A stretch of DNA of 29,726 bases. Source: Macrostomum lignano (Eukaryota). Below, in pieces: positions 22,138-29,726 of the stretch. Position 1 is the first letter of the stretch; each line of letters starts with the position of its first letter. The notes below the pieces were generated by a model. That model was not told where the DNA came from. It saw nothing but the letters and a program-made list of their open reading frames with translations, and did no database searches. Location: assembly GCA_002269645.1 (NCBI GenBank), contig NIVC01004976.1, positions 1-29,726 of the forward strand, written 5' to 3'. Both the position numbers and the translations under genes were made by a program.

Positions 22138-23127
22138 CTAGTCAATTCTAGGACGAAAATGGAGCACCGCCACAGTATGCGAGCCCGGTTGAAATTGTAT
22201 TCCTTTGCCACGCTGATCAGTCAGTCGAATTGAAATCTCGCTGATGCCCTGACGATTCACTCCAACATAGTAAGGATTTGTCAAGGAACTATGTTCATGC
22301 GTTACTTCGTGTCCCTTCCGCTGCAAATCCACGACGCGCAACAGTGGAACAGATGTGCTTCCAACGGGCTGATAGTCGATGATGTCAGTGTAGCAATGCA
22401 TATACTGCTTGCTATTGTCGTCCCCAGCACCGGACGGCTCACCAGGCAAATATTGTATGGTAAATGTCCACGGGTGCACAAGCTTCCAAACATTTTTTTT
22501 CAGAGCGTCGTCCACTGAACCACTTTGTAGAGATTTCATGCGTTCTCCATCGCCCAAAAATTTCACAGCATGATATGGGTCCAGAACAAAATTAAAAATC
22601 ATAGTATACTTATCGTTCAATCTATCCATCTTCGCTGAAACCTCTTCCAAAGTCCGTAGAGAAGCCTCACTCCATTCACCTTCTTCATTGCCTATCCCCG
22701 CTCGAACCACAACCCACTCGTCTAGGGCAAATGTACTGAGAAACGTCATTGGAATTTCCACATGAACCGATCGGCTACCACCGTTTCGCAGGAACCACTG
22801 ATATGTGATTTTTGCTCCCGAGCCCGCCTCCGCTTGCCTCCACAAAAGATATGCCTCCAAGTTTGCTTGGGACCACAACTTCACAAATCGAGGTGCTGTT
22901 GAAGAAAAATACGTTTGCACGTCTCTTTGATAGTAGACAATTTCCTTTTTATCTAACGAAGAGTCCTTTGCAGCCGAAGCAGGAAACCCTCCGCAGATTA
23001 GCTCAACCAGTGCTACTTCATAGCGCGTTCCAACATTCAGTGGATCCTTTAGCCGGACTCGAAACTCGCTGGGTGAATTATCTGCATAACTCTTGTCATT
23101 CGAAGGCAAAAACACATAAAAACTCAT
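22138..23127 (-). CDS. Minor capsid protein (penton, single jelly-roll)
   Basis: MSFYVFLPSN...NSPSEFRVRL...YEVALVEL at the start. YTDII..QPVG...PLLRVV...NPYYV...I.IRLTDQRG..IQF..G.....LHFR at the end. ATG at 23127; the track start at 23133 is TTG. Confidence 0.9.
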   Translation of the reverse strand: MSFYVFLPSNDKSYADNSPSEFRVRLKDPLNVGTRYEVALVELICGGFPASAAKDSSLDKKEIVYYQRDVQTYFSSTAPRFVKLWSQANLEAYLLWRQAEAGSGAKITYQWFLRNGGSRSVHVEIPMTFLSTFALDEWVVVRAGIGNEEGEWSEASLRTLEEVSAKMDRLNDKYTMIFNFVLDPYHAVKFLGDGERMKSLQSGSVDDALKKNVWKLVHPWTFTIQYLPGEPSGAGDDNSKQYMHCYTDIIDYQPVGSTSVPLLRVVDLQRKGHEVTHEHSSLTNPYYVGVNRQGISEISIRLTDQRGKGIQFQPGSHTVAVLHFRPRID

Positions 23128-23160
23128 TTTCAAAATTTCTACAAAGGAGCAAAGTGCAAT

Positions 23161-23868
23161 CTATGGATTGCTTATAAAATCAAGTGAAACAGAGTTGCTT
23201 TTACCAGAGGTGTACGCAAGCTGTTTGTCACCCGGGAAAATACCAGTACGAAGCCTTAAAAAGTCGGGAGTTTCTTGTCGCAGATCAATAAACAGGTATG
23301 AATAGGGCCTATTGTCAGTTGCGTTTTCATAGACACGAACTAGAAAGTTGCTCCTCTTTGGAAACATTTGCTTCCCTAGGCTTTGAACAACCGTTCGATC
23401 GCGAATATTTCGGGTCAGGCAGATGTAGCTAGCAGAGAGGCTTCGCGAGCGCGCTTCAGCATCAGAACGATGAAAGAGATTCTGACATAAATAGAGACAA
23501 GTTAGTGGTGTGTGGTGGGCATATTTTGTAAAAATTGCTGTAAATTCGGGGGACTTGGCCATTTCACTCTGGAGATCATCGACAACCAGCAAATCGTGTG
23601 GGCGAAGTTGAGAGATAAGCTCGAGCGGAAATCCTCGAATCAAATTATGCTGCCCGCTCCCGCCCTCCTCCCAGCTTGAACGAATGCGGTGCTGTTCACC
23701 AGGACTCAGGTCCGTGCCATGACACCACACGAGACGCGTTGGCGCTTGCTTAAATAACAAATTTCGTTCGCGCAGCAAACGCAGCGCCCATTCAGTTTTG
23801 CCAGAGTTTGATGGTCCGGCCAAGATGATTGAGGAATCGTGTGCCAACTGCAGATTGAAAGTTTCCAT
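23161..23868 (-). CDS. A32-like (FtsK/HerA) genome packaging ATPase
   Basis: Walker A GPSNSGKT, Walker B LLVVDD, plus HH, QNLF and PYSYLFID motifs. Confidence 0.95.
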   Translation of the reverse strand: METFNLQLAHDSSIILAGPSNSGKTEWALRLLRERNLLFKQAPTRLVWCHGTDLSPGEQHRIRSSWEEGGSGQHNLIRGFPLELISQLRPHDLLVVDDLQSEMAKSPEFTAIFTKYAHHTPLTCLYLCQNLFHRSDAEARSRSLSASYICLTRNIRDRTVVQSLGKQMFPKRSNFLVRVYENATDNRPYSYLFIDLRQETPDFLRLRTGIFPGDKQLAYTSGKSNSVSLDFISNP

Positions 23869-23874
23869 TTGTGT

Positions 23875-24368
23875 TCAGGCTGCCAATCGCTGCTTAGCGT
23901 GCATCACCTTAGCCACGAATTTTGAAGCAAGGCGTTCTCCCCACCCAGTATTCGGATCGCTTATAATCTCTCTAGCTCCGGCTTCTAACAACCGATCAGC
24001 TTCCAGACGAGAGTTTGTGTCCGAGCTCTTTTCGTATGCAACATCATGTAGTAGGCAAAGATCATCCAACCGGTTTTTCCCTCGCTGTCCTTCCGCAAGC
24101 CGTTTTCGCAACCGCGTGCCCCTTAATTAAGAGCGAATTTAATACTTCCTAGTTAGAACAGTGTCAAACTAAATCATGAAAAAGTTTGGCTCACTTACGG
24201 TCCACAAAAATTGTAACCAGGGAGGTGGACCTCAAATGGTAGGTGATTGATTAACCAGTTTACAATCCCAGATCCTCTCTGAACACGTTTGCTAGAGCGC
24301 GATTTCCGATTCGGGACAGATTTCCTCTTTTGCTTGCAGACACCTTTTCTGCGTTTTGATGCGTACAT
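23875..24368 (-). CDS. Parvovirus-type phospholipase A2 (PLA2X-like), two exons: 24368-24199 and 24121-23875, 138 aa
   Basis: Spliced product reads MYASKRRK...VQRGSGIVNWLINHLPFEVHLPGYNFCGP|GTRLRKRLAEGQRGKNRLDDLCLLHDVAY...ADRLL. The CGPG Ca loop and HD dyad are restored only by removing the 77-nt GTAAGT...TTAAG intron. Confidence 0.9.
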
Positions 24369-24420
24369 TTTGTTGCTTAAATAGTAAAGACTTGAAAACC
24401 AATAGCAAATAATTTAGTTT

Positions 24421-24740
24421 AGCTTATATGCGTTAAGGATTCAGATACAGATATATTTGTTCCTTGCAATTAGCATAACTTATAGTCTTTATATGCATGC
24501 AGAATTGTTTATTCTTGAATAAAAGATAGCTTATATGCGTTAAGGATTCAGATACAGATATATTTGTTCCTTGCAATTTTGGAGCATAACTTATAGTCTT
24601 TATATGCATGCAGAATTGTTTATTCTTGAATAAAAGATAGCTTATATGCGTTAAGGATTCAGATACAGATATATTTGTTCCTTGCAATTTTGGAGCATAA
24701 CTTATAGTCTTTATATGCATGCAGAATTGTTTATTCTTGA
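24421..24740. repeat. Three tandem AT-rich units of about 111 bp (starts 24421, 24528, 24639) between dUTPase and the structural block
   Basis: Near-identical units; the first lacks 4 nt. Each carries TATAAGC, TATAAGT and TATAAA on the minus strand and AATAAA-type signals. Confidence 0.93.
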
Positions 24741-24807
24741 AAAAAAGAATGAACTGCAGTAATTTCCAGATACTACCGCTCTTGCGCGCAATTTAAACCT
24801 GCAATCT

Positions 24808-25677
24808 TTACATCCCCGTGCTGCCAAAGCCTGAATCGCCCCGCTGCTTGCAAGCTTCTTGTTGAACGATTGCGTCCGCCAGATTCTTCATCTTCTCTTC
24901 TTCATCAACCTTGGCGGTCTCCGCAACTGACGATGCTGACGCTGACAACTGACGCTGGTTGTCCAGCGCTTCACGCTTCTTCCCGCGAGCGATAGTGTAG
25001 TTCTCTACCTTGACCGGAGCGATTTCCGCCTTCTCCAGAACCAGCTGCGCAATCCTTTCGCCGATGCGAACATGATAGTCTCGTATGCCGTGGTTGAAGA
25101 GAATCACCGTAATTCGTCCGCAGTAGTCTGGGTCAATTACTCCGCCGCCCACCGTGATTCCGTGAAACGCTGACAGACCAGAGCGCCCAGCGATTCTTCC
25201 ATAGGTGCCAGCCGGTACTCGGACTGAAATCCCAATATCAAAAATCGCTCGTCCCTGCGCAGGGACGGTCTTGGTCTCGGCTGCAGTCAGATCATACCCG
25301 ATAGAGCCCTCTGTCTGTCTGGCCGGAACCGCAGCATGATTGCTGAGAAGGCGGACAATTAGATTTTTCTCGATCGGTGGTGAGCCTGCGAGGTATTGTT
25401 GACACCAATCGGGATTTAGGCGTAGCGGAACTGGCGCTGCGTCTTTACAGCTGCTAGTGTCACTTGGATTTAGAGATTCTTGCTGCTGGCGCTGCATTGT
25501 ACTGGCTGAAACATTGAAAATAAATTTTTTGTTTGCATTCTCGGGAGTGGGAGTTGGTGGCGGGACTGGGAAATTGCACAAACCACTCGTTTGTGTATAT
25601 GGCGAAATGAACAGTTTCGATAATTGGCTTTTCCTACTTCTTAAACTCGGTTGGCTAGGCGAAGAGGACGACTGCAT
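24808..25677 (-). CDS. dut: dUTPase with S/P-rich N-terminal extension and an elongated linker before motif V
   Basis: Motifs I-V: GSIGYDL, IAGRSG, GGVIDPDYCG, ERIAQL and RGDSGFGSTG. Confidence 0.95.
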   Translation of the reverse strand: MQSSSSPSQPSLRSRKSQLSKLFISPYTQTSGLCNFPVPPPTPTPENANKKFIFNVSASTMQRQQQESLNPSDTSSCKDAAPVPLRLNPDWCQQYLAGSPPIEKNLIVRLLSNHAAVPARQTEGSIGYDLTAAETKTVPAQGRAIFDIGISVRVPAGTYGRIAGRSGLSAFHGITVGGGVIDPDYCGRITVILFNHGIRDYHVRIGERIAQLVLEKAEIAPVKVENYTIARGKKREALDNQRQLSASASSVAETAKVDEEEKMKNLADAIVQQEACKQRGDSGFGSTGM

Positions 25678-26006
25678 TTTTCGGACAAAAGTTAAACTAA
25701 AGTCTCAACATCTGGGCTTATATACTCTTGCAAAAGAAGGAGCGAAAAACCAATCACGTTCGTTAGTCATTCAATACACATTTATTCTAGAGCGCTGTGT
25801 CAGCCAACGAAAATGAGTGAACCTCAAGAGATAGGACACCATGCTAAAATGATGACTAGTCTACACACGATGCCTGGCATATATGGTGTTAATGTACAAA
25901 GCAAAAGTCAATTTTCATCCATCGAATAGTCCTCCTTTTCCGAATCGATTGTTGCCTGAAATTAAAAAAACGAAAAAATATTAAGCTAAAGATGCTACTG
26001 TATCAT

Positions 26007-29000
26007 CTAGATGCTAAACAGTATCAAGAAAGTAATTCTTGCCTGCGTTTCGCATGCTGCTCGCAGCCGCCAATGTCCGAATGGTTGAGAAGCAAGGAGG
26101 GTTGTCCAAGCGCGCTTTGTATCAAAAAATCCGAGCGCGAGCTTCTTCTGTTCCATGAGAAAAACAACTTTCTTCTTAGAAGCAATTCGAGCGAAGCTTG
26201 CATACATCACTCTTCTCTTCTCCAAGACCGAGAGGTAGGCCGTGTGCTTGAACGTGCGAGCCACTTGCTTGCTCACGCCTTTGCATCGAGAGAGTTGCCG
26301 AATCGTATCGGTAACGTAGAGAAAAGAGTAGTTCTTTGGTCGTAAAAATACCAACTCGATTGGAACCGCTCCAGCAAATTCGTCTTTCCATGCAAGCAGC
26401 CGACCCTTGTGTTGGGTAGAATAAAGGGCATGATCCGGCGGATAGTTGCTGGTATCAAGTAGTCCTTGAGCGATCAGGTCCTTGAACAATGAATTATAGG
26501 GCGTGTCACCAGGTCTGCGCATCACCAGTGCCATCATCAGACTGTCGGTGTCGCCTGCCAGAACGCGTGCACATGAAAGCGAATGATGAGCCTGAACATG
26601 GTTGTAATAAAAATTGTAAACCATAGTTTTGGCAATGTCCAGAATTGACGCGCCAATGATAATTGGCTTGTTAAGCAAAACTTGACGAGGAGATAGACTA
26701 ACTCCCGCCAAATTCTCGTTGTAAATGATAACATCTAGGAAGCTTTCCATGCTGACATAGGACTCCAGCTTTGCAGCGTCGGTGCACATCTTGAAGCACA
26801 ATCGGTCACGAACACGTTGCAGAAACTTGCCAAACAAAGCATTGTTGAGTAGCTTGAACAGATCACGTTCAAATTCCGTCTTGGCTTCTATTCGTCGGCT
26901 AATGTTGCGCTCAATGTAAGAGCGTAATATTGGCTTCTCGGTGAAACAGATGACGCGATAGACCCTTGTGACTCGCATCCCCAACTCGAGGTAAAGTCGC
27001 AATGCACGGTGGTGCAACACATATTCGCGCTTGTGCTCGACAGAACCGATGAGCTTGCGCGCAGGGCTCTTGAATGCCTTCACGTCTTGGTAACAGCTGG
27101 CAGAGGCATATCGCTCGGGGTTCAGTTGTCGTTGAAGTGCTGTCCAATCTTGCCGCATTTGATCCGTCAGCCGATCTTCTCTCACAATCTCGTGCCCAAT
27201 CGCCAGTGGGAGGTCAGCAGTGCTATCGTGTAGAAACTCGGGATAATGCAGATCGACTGTGAAATAAGCTCCTCGCTCCTCAGAACAAAACTTCGTCAGC
27301 CAGTCTAGCATTTGACTCTTCACTTGCGGATTTTCGAGGTAATAGCCTGCGCCGGGGGTGTTATCGCATGGTATGCGATTCACATCTCGAGCAGAAAGCC
27401 AACGAAAGTTCTTGTATGGTAGAGGTTGTACCATGCAACTAGAATAGAGCGAGTTTGCATCCAAGTAAACCAAAAAGGTGTTTTCTGGTGCATTTGCCCT
27501 CAGGCTCGCAAAGTTGCCCTCGTCCCTGTCCAAATCTTGACGAATGAGCGAAACCAACGAGTTATTTGCTGTGGTTACGTGACGTGTCCCAAAGCTGAAA
27601 CCGCCGCGCACAGAGCTCTCAATTTCAGCATACATGGCTGTATCAGTGAAGAGTTGAATTGGCTCTGCAAGTTGAAGCAAGCACGCCGCCAGGCTGTACA
27701 TTGGAGAGCCAAGAAAATGAGCGGGATCAATTTGATACTCTTTGATTGCATTATTTCTGAAATTTTCAAACACGTCGCAGAGCAAAAGCACATCCAATCG
27801 CAGGTAGGCAGTAGTGTAGTCACGCAGAGTGTGGCAGCCGAATTCCTCCCAGCTGGCCTTGGCTCGAGCGTAGTCGGCGTCAGAGCAATGCTGCATTGTT
27901 AGTCTATTGAAAAACCTCTCCTTTGCTGGCAGAGATTTTACGCTGTCCAATTTGTCCATTCGATCAAGGAACGAATAGGGAAAAACTCCCTTCTGCTGCA
28001 ACGTCTCCGGTCGTAGTCTCGGGTATTGCTCCAATAGTTTGCTTGTGTGCACCAGCTGAGAAGGGAGCAGGCGTTCAGCTAGACTTGCTAGGCTAGTTGG
28101 TAAATACGCAAAAGTGTCCTTGAAGCAGATTTCAAACCAAACGTGGTGCTGCCCATCAGCAGCAGGCAGCTTGAACTTGATAGAGAACGTTTTGAATCGC
28201 TCGCGATTTTCAGGCAAAACATAAAGTTTAACTTCTTCACCGGAAAAGGTTTCGTAAACTTGGCGAACAATAAACTTGCCATCATATGCCGACAGGTTGT
28301 GAAAATAGACCAACAGCCGGTGGCGATTCAAGCTCAATTTGCGATTGCAGCTGACACACAAAACTCCCCTAGGCAGGCCAGTAAGATGATCGTGATCCAG
28401 GACTTGGCGTTCATCAAGCTCAAAAACGCGATTACATAGCTGACAATGCTTGTGGCGCCGCTTCTCGACACGGTCCGTCAGATGAAGATATTTTTTAAGC
28501 AAAGGAACATATGTTTCATCCTTGCGTGTCGGTAGATCTCGCTTGCTAGCTGGCGGAGCTTGATCAAAAACAGCCCAATGCAATCATCTCCACCGTTGGG
28601 CCGCGAATAGATAACCGAACAGGCGGACCTTTCGCCATATAGTGAAGGCAGCCGGCTTTCAACTCCGGGACAGGCCACCACCCGATAACCGATGCAAAGC
28701 GGTTTGTGGATCTCGCGAATCTTTGAGAGGCTCCCACATGTGGAGCGCTGGCGTCCGGCGGTGCACATAGGCATTCCATGTCGGCATAAACTACGTACAG
28801 CGCCGGCAGCCTTGCAGCATGTTCGGTAAACTCAAGACTAGCATTCTCCGGCAGAGGCATCTTCTCAATTGGCGGCCTGCGCACCTCCCGTATTTGTGGC
28901 AGCGGCTCGGACATCCAGCGGAGCGAGGACTGGCTCTCGCACCCTCCGATGCATTGGTGCTCGTTCAGAATGAAGTCCCATGATATTTTTTCCGAAAACG

Positions 29001-29726
29001 GAGCCAGGCAAGTTGGGCAGACACGCCGTCGTTTGCCTCGGCAGCTTAGAAGTGAGTTCAAATTACGAACAGGCATGTAGTGGCCCAGCTTGAATTTGCC
29101 ATATGGTGGGATGAACAAACAGTTTGCCATGAAGCGGGCTGTCTCCGGGGAACAGTGGCGCGAAAAGTAATGCACGGCAGTCTTTGCTTCGTAATCCCAA
29201 ACGAATACACGCAAACTTAACCCTGGATTTTTGTTCAAAAATTTAATATATGAGCATTTGGCATGTCTCGCTGATCCGACTTGTAATTTAGTTCCAAAAT
29301 CCAATTCTCGCAAATGTTCTGTATAGCTGCTCTTCAAATGAGGACGCTTCACTTGGGCATAAAAGATGCTTGCTACGATTGCATACTTGAAGCAGTTAGG
29401 CTGCCGATTATTGTTTGGCTTCAAAAATATTACGGCTCCTCTCTTGCATCCAACCGACAACGGGACTTTAAATGTTCTGGCCTCGCCGCCGCCGCGCCGC
29501 CGCCGCCGCCGCTACCACCGCCCAGCTGTTGCTCTGCCGCTGTGGAATTCCTACTGCCCGGGTTGTAGCTTGGCCGAGAACGAGACTTCCTATAGGGGCA
29601 TAGCATCAGGTCAAGCTGTTCAATGCTGTCATACTTCCAACCACTGCCACGTTTCTGGAAGCTGTCAATTTTGCTTGTCACTTCGGTGATTGCACGCATA
29701 AACCAGTCGTTGAAACTCTCCTCAGA
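26007..29726 (-). CDS. polB: Protein-primed family B DNA polymerase (>1,200 aa in window, N-terminus beyond edge), split by three 1-nt frameshifts
   Basis: GSGW and CFKYAI in the N-terminal region. ExoI VVYADME, ExoII FHNLSAYD, ExoIII YLRLDV. PolA YLDANSLY, PolB KLLNNALFGK, PolC GDTDS, then PKNY, CKGV and FDTKR...PFGH. The pieces are track ORFs 29430-29699, 28564-29460, 28478-28774 and 26007-28583, each offset by one missing base. Confidence 0.95.

Larger units (their letters stand above)
15430..29726 (-). mobile_element. Polinton/Maverick (adintovirus-like) endogenous virus, near intact, truncated by the right window edge; left end tentative
   Basis: Full hallmark set: pPolB, retroviral-type integrase, A32-like ATPase, adenain-like protease, major and minor capsid proteins. 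AGTAGTAG at 15430 coincides with a shift from AT-rich host DNA to CpG-richer sequence. Confidence 0.96.

Noticed and set aside
24433-24720. 95-aa ORF with an internal repeat
   Set aside because: It stays open only because the 111-bp unit is a multiple of three. AT-rich with no protein motif.
17651-28439. Numerous short alternate-frame and antisense ORFs inside Polinton genes
   Set aside because: They overlap well-supported genes and carry no motifs. The exceptions, 18692-18898 and 28478-28774, were reassigned as frameshifted parts of the capsid and pPolB genes.

Overview
Animal (invertebrate-like) genomic DNA in two parts. The left ~15.4 kb is repeat-rich host sequence. It holds a 20-bp minisatellite, a SID-1/SIDT-like gene or first exon (signal peptide, ectodomain, one TM helix), an internally deleted Crypton-type tyrosine-recombinase remnant, an 18-bp minisatellite, a MITE-like hairpin, a (CAGA)n tract and a 742-bp near-perfect foldback with two older copies of its arm. 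From about 15.4 kb to beyond the right edge lies a near-intact Polinton/Maverick (adintovirus-like endogenous virus), with all recognisable genes on the minus strand. In transcription order these are pPolB (with an endonuclease VII-like insert), dUTPase, parvovirus-type PLA2, packaging ATPase, minor capsid, a pX-like protein, a conserved Polinton protein, a small ORF, integrase with chromodomain, a basic core protein, major capsid and an adenain-like protease. Several points are not visible in the ORF track. A 77-nt GT-AG intron splits the PLA2 Ca-binding loop. A candidate 87-nt GC-AG intron changes the pPolB C-terminus. A TATAAG(C/T) motif lies about 40 nt upstream of most gene starts, while three other genes are joined by ATGA stop-start overlaps. 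Four frameshifts (three in pPolB, one in the major capsid gene) are each repaired by adding one base, which suggests assembly error in a young element. All family assignments come from motif recognition by eye; no searches were run.
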